Positions 1 through 9,731 of a stretch of DNA of 64,000 nt are shown piece after piece. Below the pieces are notes generated by a model that was given only the letters and a program-made list of their open reading frames with translations, had not been told where the DNA came from and ran no database searches. The DNA lies in assembly GCA_965221125.1 (NCBI GenBank), contig CBDCRW010000004.1, positions 192,001 through 256,000 on the forward strand. Reading direction: 5' to 3'. The stretch comes from Alphaproteobacteria bacterium (GTDB taxonomy: Bacteria; Pseudomonadota; Alphaproteobacteria; UBA828). A program made the position numbers and the translations under genes. The number at the start of each line of letters is the position of its first letter. Position 1 is the stretch's first letter.

Positions 1-538
1 TGCGGTGGAGGGTGTCCACGTCGTTGACGTCGAGCGATGCGGTCGGCTCGTCGAGCAGCAGTACCTTGGGCTTGGAGACGAGGGCCTTCACCACCTCCAG
101 AAACTGTCGCTGGGCCGGAGAGAGAGTGGCGACGCGCGCGGAGGCACCGATCGCTAGATCGTATGGGGCGAGCTGCTCCTCGGCCCAGGTTTCCAGCCTG
201 CGATAGGGCAGCGCTTCAGCCATCGTGCCGAGATAGAGGTTCTGGGCGACGGTGAGCTCCGCCACGAGGGAGTTGTCCTGGTAAACGGTGGCGAGCCCGA
301 AGTGATGAGCCTGCGACGTGTCGGCCGAGGCCAGGCGATTGCCGAGGATTTCGACCGTGCCCTCGTCTGCCGCCAGCGCGCCGCTCGCGATCTTGAGCAG
401 CGTGCTCTTGCCCGAGCCGTTCTCGCCGAGCACCGCATGGACCTCTCCGGCCACGCAGTCCAGGTTCACGTCACGCAGCGCCTGGACTCCGGGGTAGCGC
501 TTGGAGATCCCTGACAGGTGAAGCGACGGTTCGGGCAT
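1..538 (-). CDS. Sugar (RbsA/MglA-type) ABC transporter ATP-binding protein, 3'-truncated by window edge
   Basis: Not in ORF track because it has no stop in the window. Manual translation from ATG 538: MPEPSLHLSGISKRYPGVQAL...GENGSGKST (Walker A)...LLLDEPTASL (Walker B). Confidence 0.9.
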   Translation of the reverse strand, partial: MPEPSLHLSGISKRYPGVQALRDVNLDCVAGEVHAVLGENGSGKSTLLKIASGALAADEGTVEILGNRLASADTSQAHHFGLATVYQDNSLVAELTVAQNLYLGTMAEALPYRRLETWAEEQLAPYDLAIGASARVATLSPAQRQFLEVVKALVSKPKVLLLDEPTASLDVNDVDTLHR

Positions 539-572
539 TCTCTCGGCGGCGATCTGCGTTGGTTCTAACGAA

Positions 573-614
573 ACCGCCGGGCGGGGTGCGGCGTCTTCCA
601 CTCCGCCCGGCGGT
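573..614 (-). terminator. GC-rich stem-loop downstream of the SBP gene (mRNA stabiliser or partial terminator)
   Basis: accgccgggcggggtg-N10-cactccgcccggcggt inverted repeat between SBP and ATPase genes. Confidence 0.55.
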
Positions 615-634
615 CAGGCCGTTCGCTGCGGCCG

Positions 635-1822
635 CTACTCCTTGAACATCGCGTTCAGCATGTCGGTGTCCACCAGCGTGGAGACCGGCATCTGATCCGG
701 CAGCGCCTTGTCGCACATGCCCTGCTGCACTTCCTTCATCTTGAAGGGCACATCGACATGGGCGCCGATCTCGGCACCGCCTCTAGCCTCCATGGCGGCG
801 GTCAGCGCGATGCGGACCTGGAAGGTGCCGCCCGACGAGAAGAAGATGCGGAAGTTCGGATTGCCAACCTCCTCCCAATCGCAGAAGAGGCCCTGCTCGT
901 CGGTGCGCAGCGTGACGATCACGTCCATGGCGCGATCGGCGGCGGCATAGGCGCGCACGCCGCCGCGGAAGCCGTCGGCATACTCATAGAGCACCGCGTC
1001 GATATCGGGGTTCTGAGAGAGGAAGCCCGACATCGCCTCGAAGGTGCCCTGCTGGGTCCAGTTGGTGTCGGCCTTGCCGAGCAGCGTCATGGCCGCGTTG
1101 TTCTCCATCTCGGCCTCGGAGCAGGCTTGCCAGGCGGCGCTCAGCTGATTGCCGGGCGTGCCACCGAGTTCCACGATCTCGATGCTTTCCTCGCTGTTGG
1201 CACCGGCCACGAACTGGACGAACTGGCGGCCCAGCTCGCAGAGGTCCTCCGCGACGAAGGTGAGATAGTCTTCGCCCGCGGTGCCGCCGAGACCGGCGAT
1301 GTAGGGGACCACGGTGATGCCGGACTCGGTCGCCTCCTGCGCGGTCGGCAGCAGCGCCGGCCCTGCGTCGGGGAAGGTCACGATGATGTCGACGCCCTGC
1401 GCGATCAGGCTCCGCATGTCGGAGATCGCCTTGCTGGCATCGCCCCGGGCCGAGGTGTAGATGATCTTGCTGACCTCGGGGTAGCTCAGCGCCTGCATGA
1501 CGAACTCCATGTGTGTCACGCGGCGCCAGACGTTCTCGCCGAAGCCGTCGGCGAGCGCGACGGTGAGGTCGCCGCGGCCGGTCTCGCACACCTGCTCGCT
1601 CCAGCACTTCAGCGCGAGCGCGCGGTCTTCCTCGCTGAGCGCCGCGCTGGCGCGCTCGAAGGTGGCCGTGACGATCGGGCCGATCCCCTCGGTGGTGCCG
1701 AGCGCCTTGAGCATCAGCTCGGGATTGGCTTCCGCGCGCGCGCCGCTGTGGGCGCCCAGCGCCAAGGCACCGGCGACGACCGCCGAGGCCGCCGCCTTCG
1801 TCATCCAGTGCAAATGGCTCAT
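635..1822 (-). CDS. Sugar-type ABC transporter substrate-binding protein (periplasmic binding protein type 1)
   Basis: Signal peptide ending ARA-E, RbsB-like motifs (LIAQGVDIIV, ELGGTPG), GGGAG RBS before ATG 1822. Confidence 0.85.
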   Translation of the reverse strand: MSHLHWMTKAAASAVVAGALALGAHSGARAEANPELMLKALGTTEGIGPIVTATFERASAALSEEDRALALKCWSEQVCETGRGDLTVALADGFGENVWRRVTHMEFVMQALSYPEVSKIIYTSARGDASKAISDMRSLIAQGVDIIVTFPDAGPALLPTAQEATESGITVVPYIAGLGGTAGEDYLTFVAEDLCELGRQFVQFVAGANSEESIEIVELGGTPGNQLSAAWQACSEAEMENNAAMTLLGKADTNWTQQGTFEAMSGFLSQNPDIDAVLYEYADGFRGGVRAYAAADRAMDVIVTLRTDEQGLFCDWEEVGNPNFRIFFSSGGTFQVRIALTAAMEARGGAEIGAHVDVPFKMKEVQQGMCDKALPDQMPVSTLVDTDMLNAMFKE

Positions 1823-1948
1823 TTCGGTGTTCTCCCTTGTGTGTGTGTGCCCCGGGGGCACAGTGTCGACCGGTCATTCCCGCGAACGGGATGCTCACGG
1901 GATGCACTCCATAGATAGCAGACCCTCCCCCCCAGAATTAAGTGCGCC

Positions 1949-2971
1949 CTAGGGCGCTTCCGCGCCCGACGCCGCCGGACGGCCGAGCCGCCGGCTCCAC
2001 GCCTCGCGCAGGTCGGAGAAGCGGACCCCGGCAAGCGCCATGCCGACGGCGATGGCGCCGCCATAGACCATGAACTGGATCGCCGTGGTCAGTCCCATCA
2101 TCTTCAGGATCTGCCCGAGATGGGTCAGGAACAGCGCAGCACCTGCCACCGCGATCATGCTGCCGACCCCGCCGGTGATCGCGGTGCCGCCGAGCACGGC
2201 GGCGGCGATGGGCGCGAGCAGATAGGCGGCGCCGACATCGAGGGTCGGGTTGCGGATGAAGGCGGCGAGCAGGATGCCCGCGATGCCGTAGAGCAACCCG
2301 GCGCAGGCGTAGGCCGCGACCCGGTAGCGGTTCACGCCGATGCCGTTGATCCAGGCGGCGACAGGGTTGGCGCCGACAGCGATGAAGCGCCGCCCGTAGA
2401 GGGTAAGACGCAGCAGGAAGGTGGAGACGAGCACGAGGGCCATCGCCACCCACACCGAGAAGTTGATCGAGAGGAAGCGGGTCTCGCCCCAGTCGGCGAG
2501 GATGGGCGGCACGCGGGCCTCCTGGGCGATGCCTTCCCGGTACCAGATCGCAGCCCCCATCATGATGGTCCCGACGGCGAGCGTCACGACCAGGGGATTC
2601 AGCCTGAAGTTGGAGACCAGAACGCCGTTGATCAGGCCGACGCCGGCCGAGACCGCGAGCGCGACGACGATCGCCTGGGCGAGCGCGGCGTCCTGGCCGC
2701 CGGAGATGCCGAGGATCAGGCTGCTGGAGAGCGTGATGACGGCCGGAATCGAGAGGTCGATGCCGCGCGCCATGAGCACCAGGGCTTCGCCCATCGACGC
2801 GATGCAGAGGAAGGCCGCAAAGGGAATGATCGCGAGGATCGAGGTGGCCATCAGGCTGCGCGGCACGAAGATCGCGCTGATCACGATGAGCACCGCCAGC
2901 GCCAGCCAGATCGCGAGAAAGCGCGGCTGCGGCTGCAGTCCTTCGATAACGCCGGGCACCGACAACTTCAT
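1949..2971 (-). CDS. Sugar ABC transporter permease (RbsC-like)
   Basis: Hydrophobic protein with GIDLS, YGRRFIAVGANPVAA and IAAAVLGGT motifs. Confidence 0.9.
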   Translation of the reverse strand: MKLSVPGVIEGLQPQPRFLAIWLALAVLIVISAIFVPRSLMATSILAIIPFAAFLCIASMGEALVLMARGIDLSIPAVITLSSSLILGISGGQDAALAQAIVVALAVSAGVGLINGVLVSNFRLNPLVVTLAVGTIMMGAAIWYREGIAQEARVPPILADWGETRFLSINFSVWVAMALVLVSTFLLRLTLYGRRFIAVGANPVAAWINGIGVNRYRVAAYACAGLLYGIAGILLAAFIRNPTLDVGAAYLLAPIAAAVLGGTAITGGVGSMIAVAGAALFLTHLGQILKMMGLTTAIQFMVYGGAIAVGMALAGVRFSDLREAWSRRLGRPAASGAEAP

Positions 2972-3131
2972 TGCTCGTCCCGAACTCTTCTGCGCCAAGA
3001 GGAGCGAAGAACCGCATTCGACTGCGGACGCCCCAGACAGTCATGGGACAGAATACCTGAAACGCGAAAGCCGTCATCGTGGCAGACATCCAATTTGCCC
3101 CCTGTTCTGCTCCACGGGCGAGTGTTCTTGC

Positions 3132-3449
3132 AGTCCGGGACCACCGTCACTGTACGTGTCCCGCTTCGCACCCATCGAGCCTGCGCTCACCGTGCGCCAA
3201 TTCTTCGGAATCGGCATGCCGGGAGAGATCGGCGACGGTGAGCGGGCGCGTGACCGCCTGGTGTCGGAGTTCGTCGGACCCGAGGATATCCGGCCCTGCG
3301 AGGCGGTGCAGCGGGGCTTGCGACAGCGCGGCTACGGCCAGGGACGCTACGTCATCGACGACGCGCGCCACGAGTGGTCAGAGCACGCGCTGCACCACTT
3401 TCACCGGCAGTATCTTCAACACTTGGCCGCCCGATCCGACGCTCCCTGA
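3132..3449 (+). pseudogene. C-terminal remnant of a Rieske non-heme iron oxygenase alpha subunit (choline/carnitine monooxygenase-like)
   Basis: GPEDIRPCEAVQRGLRQRGYGQGRY...SEHALHHFH resembles the CntA/choline monooxygenase C-terminus; no Rieske domain or plausible start upstream. Confidence 0.7.
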
Positions 3450-3576
3450 TCTCGTCAACAACGCCGCTCCCGCGTCGGAGAGGCGAACGGTCACGGTTCC
3501 TGCATGCAGGTAGCATCCGGGTTGGAGGCCCCCATGAAACCGGCGCCGATCACGCCCATGCCCAGGCGCCCGCTCG

Positions 3577-4677
3577 TCATGTTGCTGCCTCCTCCTCGCG
3601 TTCAGGGCGGGAGAGAACCTGCCCGGCGTGATTGAACAGGAGGCAGTGCGCGGGGTCGGGCTGCGCGTGGAGCCGGTCGCCGACCCGGCCCGCGAAGCCT
3701 GGCTCCACCAGGGCGTGCAGCTTGTTGCGGTTGTCGTCCTCGAGGATCACCACCGACTCCCGCCCGAGGTGCTCGACGGCGAAGACCGTGACCGGCAAGG
3801 CGCCGTCCGCGGGCTCGGTGCGAATGTGCAGATGCTGCGGGCGGATGCCGAGGGTCGCAGGGCCGGCGCCGCTGACCGGGAGAGCGGGCTCCACGGCAAC
3901 GTCCGTGGCGACGAAGCGCGCCCGCCCGGCCTCTGCGGCGATCTCGCCCTCGATCAGGTTCATGGGCGGCGAGCCCACGAAGCCTGCGACGAAGAGCGTG
4001 GCGGGCCGGTTGTAGATCTCGTCCGGCGTGCCGATCTGCTCCAGCCGGCCCTCGTTCATGACCGCGATGCGGTCGCCCATGGTCATCGCCTCCACCTGGT
4101 CATGGGTGACGACGATCATGGTGGTCCCGAGCCGCTTCTGCAGATTGACCAGCTCGGCGCGCAGGGTGAGCCGGAGCGCAGCGTCGAGCGCGGCGAGCGG
4201 CTCGTCGAGGAGGAACGCGCGCGGCTGGCGGACGATGGCCTTGGCCGTAGCGACGCGCTGACGCTCCCCGCCCGAGAGCTGGCTCGGCAGCTTGTCCAGC
4301 AGCGCCTCGATGCCGAGGACCGACGAGGCCTCCGCGATCCGCCTGTCGGTTTCCGCCCGGTCGAGCTTCTGCTTGGCGAGGCTCGTGCGGATGTTCTGCC
4401 GTGCCGTCATGTGGGGGTAGAGCAGCGACGACTGGAACACCATGGCGATGTTGCGCTGGTGCGGCGAGGCCGTGGTGACGTCGTCGCCGCCGAACAGCAC
4501 ACGGCCGGATGTCGGCGCTTCCAGGCCCGCGATGCAGTTGAGCGTCGTCGTCTTGCCGCAGCCGGACGGCCCGAGCAGCACCAGGAGCTCGCCGTTCTCG
4601 ATCGTCAGATAGAGATCGCGCACGGCGACGTGGCGATGGAAGGTCTTGTGCAGGCGATCGAGCTGGATACGGGACAT
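3577..4677 (-). CDS. MalK/UgpC-type ABC transporter ATP-binding protein
   Basis: GPSGCGKTT, LSGGERQRV, LLDEP, VTHDQVEAMTMGDRI, C-terminal TOBE-like region. Confidence 0.95.
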   Translation of the reverse strand: MSRIQLDRLHKTFHRHVAVRDLYLTIENGELLVLLGPSGCGKTTTLNCIAGLEAPTSGRVLFGGDDVTTASPHQRNIAMVFQSSLLYPHMTARQNIRTSLAKQKLDRAETDRRIAEASSVLGIEALLDKLPSQLSGGERQRVATAKAIVRQPRAFLLDEPLAALDAALRLTLRAELVNLQKRLGTTMIVVTHDQVEAMTMGDRIAVMNEGRLEQIGTPDEIYNRPATLFVAGFVGSPPMNLIEGEIAAEAGRARFVATDVAVEPALPVSGAGPATLGIRPQHLHIRTEPADGALPVTVFAVEHLGRESVVILEDDNRNKLHALVEPGFAGRVGDRLHAQPDPAHCLLFNHAGQVLSRPEREEEAAT

Positions 4678-4680
4678 GGC

Positions 4681-5547
4681 TCAGCGCACCGGGTCGACGA
4701 GGTTCATTTCAGCGATGTGCCGCTGCAGGAAGAATGCGACAAGCGCCGGCGGCACCATGGTCAGCACGACCGCTGCCGCCAGATGCGACGGCTCCGGATG
4801 CTGGAACAGGAAGCCGGAAATGGCGGTCGGCAGCGTGTTGGCGGTGGTGCCGTTCACCAACATCAGTGCATAGGTGTACTCGTTCCAGGAGAAGAGGAAG
4901 GCGATGACCGCCGCCACCGCGACGCCGCTTCGCCCCAGCGGCACGATGATCTTGACGAAGGTCTCGAAGCGCGAGAATCCGTCGATCCGCGCCAGCCGCT
5001 CCACCTGGGGCAGGTTGCGGAAGTAGCCGATCAGCATCCAGGTCACGAAGGGGATGGTGATCGTGAGCGTCACGATGATGAGGCCGACCAGCGTGCCCGA
5101 GAGGCCGAGGCGGACGTACATGGCGTAGAACGGGATGAGGGTCGAGACCGGCGGCAGCGCGACCGCGAGCAGGATCGCAAACAGCAGCTTGTTCTTGTGG
5201 GGAAAATCGAGGCGCGCGAAGACGTAGGCCAGCGGCAGCACCACGAACAGCGTCACCACCGTGACGACCGCCGAGACGATGAGGCTGTTCCCGAGTCCCC
5301 GGATGATCTGGTTGGCCTGGCCCGAGCCGCGGCGAACCAGGCCGTCGGCCATTTCGTACTCGAAGCCGAAGATGTTGAAGAAGGCGGCGGGTGTCGGTTC
5401 CAGGGGATAGAGAGGCTGCGGGAAGCGCGCGATCTCGTCGGGCGTCAGCAGGGAGTTCTTCAGGAACCAGTAGATCGGCAGCAGGGTCCAGATCAGGACG
5501 ACCGCAAGCGCCAGCCATGACCAGATCGTGGAGAGGCGCATCCTCAT
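4681..5547 (-). CDS. Carbohydrate ABC transporter permease (MalG-type)
   Basis: ERLARIDG EAA-like loop, FLFSWNEY; ATG 5547 overlaps upstream stop (ATGA). Confidence 0.9.
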   Translation of the reverse strand: MRMRLSTIWSWLALAVVLIWTLLPIYWFLKNSLLTPDEIARFPQPLYPLEPTPAAFFNIFGFEYEMADGLVRRGSGQANQIIRGLGNSLIVSAVVTVVTLFVVLPLAYVFARLDFPHKNKLLFAILLAVALPPVSTLIPFYAMYVRLGLSGTLVGLIIVTLTITIPFVTWMLIGYFRNLPQVERLARIDGFSRFETFVKIIVPLGRSGVAVAAVIAFLFSWNEYTYALMLVNGTTANTLPTAISGFLFQHPEPSHLAAAVVLTMVPPALVAFFLQRHIAEMNLVDPVR

Positions 5548-6443
5548 ATCGACCGCGCCTCCCGCCGGCCCCAGAAGGCGTAGAGAAGCAGCGTGGTGCC
5601 CAGGATCAGCGCCAGCAGCATGAAGGACATGGCAGCGCCGTAGCCGAGGTCGAGGTCCTTGAAGCTTTCCTTGTAGATCCGGTAGGTGAGCGTCGACGAT
5701 GACGTGCCCGGCCCGCCTCCCGAGAGGACGAAGATGAAGTCGAACAGCTTCATCGAGAGCACGGTCGTGATGCAGGTGAAGACGAAGAGCGTGAAGCGAA
5801 GCGGCGGGAGCGTCACGTTCAGGAACGTCCCCACCCGCGACATGCGGTCGATGGCCGCGAGGTCGTAGAGCCGGCTCGGGATCGTCTTGAGGTTGGCCAG
5901 CAGGAAGAACGCGACCAGCGGCGCCATGTTCCACGCGTTGCCGACCGCCAGCACCTCGATCACCCACTGGCGATTGACCACGTTCACCGCCTCCTCGATT
6001 CCCAGTGCGTAGGCGATGGCGGTGCCGATGCCGGTCTGCCCCTTGGCCAGATAGGAGAAGATGATCCCGGTGCCGTAAAGTGAGATGCACCAGGGCAGGA
6101 TCACGATGGTGCGCACCAGGCCGGCGAAGCGCATCTTGCGGTTGAGCACCAGGGCGATCAGCAGGCCGATCACCATCGCCAGCGCCACCGATTCCAGGGT
6201 GAACCGGACCGTGATCCAGAGCGATTTCTTGAACTTCCGGTCGTCGATGACGTCAGCGTAGTTTTCGGCGCCGACGAAGGTCGCCTTGTAGCCGCCAAAG
6301 AAGCTGATCTCGTGCACGCTCATCCAGAGCGCGTAGCCGAGCGGATAGGCGACGACCAGAACGAGAAAGACCAGAACGGGCAGCGCAAGCAGGAGAGAGA
6401 ACTGAAAGTTGGATAGCTCGGCGGTGCGCTGCTTGAGGCTCAT
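5544..6443 (-). CDS. Carbohydrate ABC transporter permease (MalF-type)
   Basis: FVGAENY, LYDLAAID, GGGPG, DLGYGAA motifs. Confidence 0.9.
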   Translation of the reverse strand: MSLKQRTAELSNFQFSLLLALPVLVFLVLVVAYPLGYALWMSVHEISFFGGYKATFVGAENYADVIDDRKFKKSLWITVRFTLESVALAMVIGLLIALVLNRKMRFAGLVRTIVILPWCISLYGTGIIFSYLAKGQTGIGTAIAYALGIEEAVNVVNRQWVIEVLAVGNAWNMAPLVAFFLLANLKTIPSRLYDLAAIDRMSRVGTFLNVTLPPLRFTLFVFTCITTVLSMKLFDFIFVLSGGGPGTSSSTLTYRIYKESFKDLDLGYGAAMSFMLLALILGTTLLLYAFWGRREARSI

Positions 6444-6459
6444 CAGGACAGGGAAATCA

Positions 6460-6495
6460 TGCCGGCGGACGGCCCCGTCGAGCCGCCCGCCGGCA
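6460..6495 (-). terminator. Stem-loop downstream of the SBP gene
   Basis: tgccggcggacggc...gccgcccgccggca inverted repeat. Confidence 0.5.
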
Positions 6496-6503
6496 CGTCA
6501 GCA

Positions 6504-7841
6504 CTAGAGTCCGTACTTCTTGTTGAGGTCGGCGATCTCTTCGTTGATCGCCTCGATGGTCTCGACGATGTCACCGTCGTCCTGCAGGAACTCCTGCAGC
6601 GTCTCCTTGAGCCAGCTGTTGAACTCCTCGGCCCAGACGACGCTCCAGATGCCCTTCGGGTAGGGCGTCGCGGCGTAGACCCCGAGCACCGCCTGAATGT
6701 CCTCGGCGCGGGCGAGAGCGCTCTTCATCCGCTCTGCCGCCGCCTCGCTCTCCATCACCGACCTGTAGCCGGAGAAGAGCATGGACTCCTGCATCCAGCG
6801 GTTGCCGACGAAGACGTTGCCGGTCTGATCCTGGTAGCCGTACCAGCTGGCGAAGCGCTTCACGTCGTCGGTGTGGCCGTCGCCCCGCTCCCGGCTCGTC
6901 ATCAGGTAGACGGCGGAATCGAGCAGGCCCCAGCTCTGGCCCTGATAGGGCAGGAGGCTGGCGTGGCCGGCGATCTGCGAGCGGTCCTCGCGGTTGAAGG
7001 TCTCAAGATCGTAGAGCTGCTGCGGGCTGAAGACGTAGCGCCCCGACGCATAGGCGTCGATGTAGGAGCTCTCGTTGTAGGTCAGCACCTCTTCCGGCAC
7101 CAGGCCGTCGTTCCAGATGCGCTTCCAGTCCTCGAGCGTCTTGTAGGCCGCGCCGTCCGCATCGGTGGTGAGCAGAGGCTCGTGGGTGTCGGGATGGGCA
7201 ACCTCGCCGCCCCGGTTCATCACCTCGAAGTCGAAGGCCCAGGAGATGCCGTACCACTCGTTGATCCAGTGCGGCAGGAAGGGCTGGTCGAGGCCCTTCT
7301 CACGCATCTCGTAGAGCTGGTCGTAGAGGGCATCCCAGTTCGCGGGGAAGTCCGCGTCCGAGTAGCCGAGCTCGTAATACTTCTTGAGGTTGACGTGCAT
7401 CACGCCCCGCGTGCTCACGAAGTAGGAGAGCCCCAGCAGGTTGCCCTTGTAGGTCCAGGCATCGAGGATGTTGGGGTACATGTCCGCCTTGATGGCATCG
7501 ATGTTCGGCAACGCATCGGCCGGCATGATCCAGCCGCCGTCGAAGTAGCGGCCGGCCTGGGACGGGTTGGCGTAGAGCACGTCGAGCTCCGCGCCCGCCA
7601 TCAGGTTCTGCTCCATGATCGCCGGGTAGTCGCCGGTGACCGTCGCGTAGTCGACGTTGCCGCCTTGCTCGGCGTTGTAGCGATCGACATTGTCCTGGAC
7701 GATGTCGGTCTTGTACTGCCAGCCGCGGAAGAAGACCGTCTCGCCGCTCTGGGCTTCCAGCCCACTGTCTGCGAGCGCGGCGCCGGTCATCAACACAAGC
7801 GCGCCTGTAATTGCTATTGCTGTTACGCGGAGTTTCATCAA
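6504..7841 (-). CDS. Carbohydrate-type ABC transporter substrate-binding protein (SBP family 1)
   Basis: Signal peptide (ALA-D), acidic periplasmic protein leading the permease-permease-ATPase operon; GGAG RBS. Confidence 0.85.
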   Translation of the reverse strand: MMKLRVTAIAITGALVLMTGAALADSGLEAQSGETVFFRGWQYKTDIVQDNVDRYNAEQGGNVDYATVTGDYPAIMEQNLMAGAELDVLYANPSQAGRYFDGGWIMPADALPNIDAIKADMYPNILDAWTYKGNLLGLSYFVSTRGVMHVNLKKYYELGYSDADFPANWDALYDQLYEMREKGLDQPFLPHWINEWYGISWAFDFEVMNRGGEVAHPDTHEPLLTTDADGAAYKTLEDWKRIWNDGLVPEEVLTYNESSYIDAYASGRYVFSPQQLYDLETFNREDRSQIAGHASLLPYQGQSWGLLDSAVYLMTSRERGDGHTDDVKRFASWYGYQDQTGNVFVGNRWMQESMLFSGYRSVMESEAAAERMKSALARAEDIQAVLGVYAATPYPKGIWSVVWAEEFNSWLKETLQEFLQDDGDIVETIEAINEEIADLNKKYGL

Positions 7842-8149
7842 CTTTCTCCTCCTTCCCTAGGGTCAGTAAGTTCACCTTGCTCAACTCTGCGATCACGCGA
7901 GCATGTTCCAGGCCGAGTGTACACACCTCCCGTTGGGGTCGCCAAGACCGCGAAGTCGGGTGTTTCGCGACTTTACCTGGATATACCTGGATACAGGTGG
8001 ACCCAAGACTCCGAATTGATCCAATAGGCCCCGGTTGGTCCCTGGTGGGCGGAGGAGCCGTGCTCGCTGCGGGTTGAGGTCTGTCGTACAGTCGCGTTGC
8101 TGGCACCCGTCCTGGGTGTTGTAGTGGTTGCCGGAGGAACGCTGCCTCA

Positions 8150-8362
8150 ATGCTCCGCGAGACCAGCGCGCGACAGTCACTTGCCGAGGACGTTCAGACC
8201 CGTGCGCGGGCGGGCGGACTCGCGCTGGACGCGAAGCGGGCCGCTGCGCTCGCACCCATATGCGACGCGCTCGCAGAAGCCGACCGCCGCCTCCGCGCTC
8301 TGCGGATGATCGAGAGTGCCGCTGCTGGTCCGCCTTGGGGGCAGGAAGAGCGCGATGGCTGA
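8150..8362 (+). CDS. Small (70 aa) helical protein overlapping the amidase start; possible GatC/AtzG-like amidase partner
   Basis: GGAGG upstream; stop overlaps amidase ATG region; AGGLALDAKRAAALAP pattern. Confidence 0.5.
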   Translation: MLRETSARQSLAEDVQTRARAGGLALDAKRAAALAPICDALAEADRRLRALRMIESAAAGPPWGQEERDG

Positions 8363-9731
8363 CGCTGACGCCTTCCGCTCCATCGAATCACTCGGCGCGG
8401 ACTACCGCCGCGGCGCGCTGACTCCGACTGCGGTCGCGGAAACCTGCCTGGCGCGGATCGAGCGCTACGACGGCCCGCTCAACGCCATCGTCCCCGGCCT
8501 CGCCGACGAGGCCGGCGCCGAGGCCGCGAGGGCCGGGGAGGAACTGGCGGCCGGCCATGATCGCGGCCCTCTCCACGGCATCCCCATCGGCATCAAGGAC
8601 CTTGTCGATATCGCCGGCACGGTCACCGGCTTCGGCTCCGATCCCGTGTTTGCCGCCCGCGCCGCGCGGGACGCCGCCATGATTGCACACCTGCGCGCAG
8701 CGGGCGCCGTCCTGGTCGCCAAGACCAACCTGCTCGAATTCGCCTACGGCGCGGTCAATCCCCGGGTGGGGCAGACCAACAACCCGTGGGATGAGGCCCG
8801 CACCGCCGGCGGCTCCAGCGGCGGCTCGGCGGCGGCCGTCGCCGCCGGCCTCTGCCATGCGGCCGTTGGCACCGATACCGGCGGCTCGATCCGCATCCCC
8901 GCCGCCTATTGCGGCGTGGTAGGGCTGAAGCCGACCCATGGCCTCGTGCCGCTCGCGGGCGTCTCGATGCTCTCCTGGTCCCTCGATCACGCCGGGCCGA
9001 TGGCGCGGAGCTGCGCCGATGCGGCGGCGCTGCTCGGCGGGCTTACGGGCACGACTGTCGACGCGAGGCCGCAACCGCTCCGCGGCCTCCGTTTCGGCCT
9101 CATCGCGGCGCTCAGGGACGACGACGCCACCACGCCCGGCGTTCGCGCCGGCATGGAGGACGCCTGCGCCGCCTTACGCGATGCGGGCGCTGCCGTGGAG
9201 GAGGTCGAGATCGAGGGGCTCTCGGAATCGGCCGAGGCCCTGCTTCACGTGCTGCTGCCGGAGACGAGCGTGATCCTCGGGCATCTTCTCGACGAGCACC
9301 CCGAAGCGCTGGCGGAGCAGACCCGCGCGCAGCTGGAGCTCGGCTTCGCGCTGCCGGCCACCGCACACGTCCGCGCGCAGCAGTTCCGGCGCTTCCTCGG
9401 CCAGCGCTTCCTGGACCAGCTTGCGCGCTACGACGTTCTGCTCTCGCCGGGCGTCCCATGGGAGGCGCCGCCGGAGGATCCGGCAATCGACGGCGCGGAG
9501 GGCTACGGCGAGATGCTGTGCAGCGCGCCCACCAACCTCTGCGGCCTGCCGAGTCTCGTCCTCCCCTGCGGGCGGGGGGAGGGCGGCATGCCCGTGAGCC
9601 TGCAGCTCATCGGCCCGCCCCACAGCGACGATCGCCTGCTTCAGATCGGCGCGGCGCTCGAGCCCGCGTTCCCGCTCGGACCGCCGCCCGGATACGGCGC
9701 GTCGCTGTCGGCGGCGGAGGGTTTCGGGTAG
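8355..9731 (+). CDS. Amidase-signature family amidohydrolase
   Basis: [35 protein letters not shown] (Ser-cisSer-Lys triad); start placed at ATG 8355 after AGGAAG. Confidence 0.92.
   Translation: MADADAFRSIESLGADYRRGALTPTAVAETCLARIERYDGPLNAIVPGLADEAGAEAARAGEELAAGHDRGPLHGIPIGIKDLVDIAGTVTGFGSDPVFAARAARDAAMIAHLRAAGAVLVAKTNLLEFAYGAVNPRVGQTNNPWDEARTAGGSSGGSAAAVAAGLCHAAVGTDTGGSIRIPAAYCGVVGLKPTHGLVPLAGVSMLSWSLDHAGPMARSCADAAALLGGLTGTTVDARPQPLRGLRFGLIAALRDDDATTPGVRAGMEDACAALRDAGAAVEEVEIEGLSESAEALLHVLLPETSVILGHLLDEHPEALAEQTRAQLELGFALPATAHVRAQQFRRFLGQRFLDQLARYDVLLSPGVPWEAPPEDPAIDGAEGYGEMLCSAPTNLCGLPSLVLPCGRGEGGMPVSLQLIGPPHSDDRLLQIGAALEPAFPLGPPPGYGASLSAAEGFG

Noticed and set aside
3448-3470. LVNNA peptide (SDR-like motif) after the Rieske remnant
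   Set aside because: Too short, with no other SDR motifs around it; likely chance.
8355-9731. gatA of the Glu-tRNA amidotransferase
   Set aside because: No gatB nearby and the context is catabolic/transport, so it is called a generic amidase.
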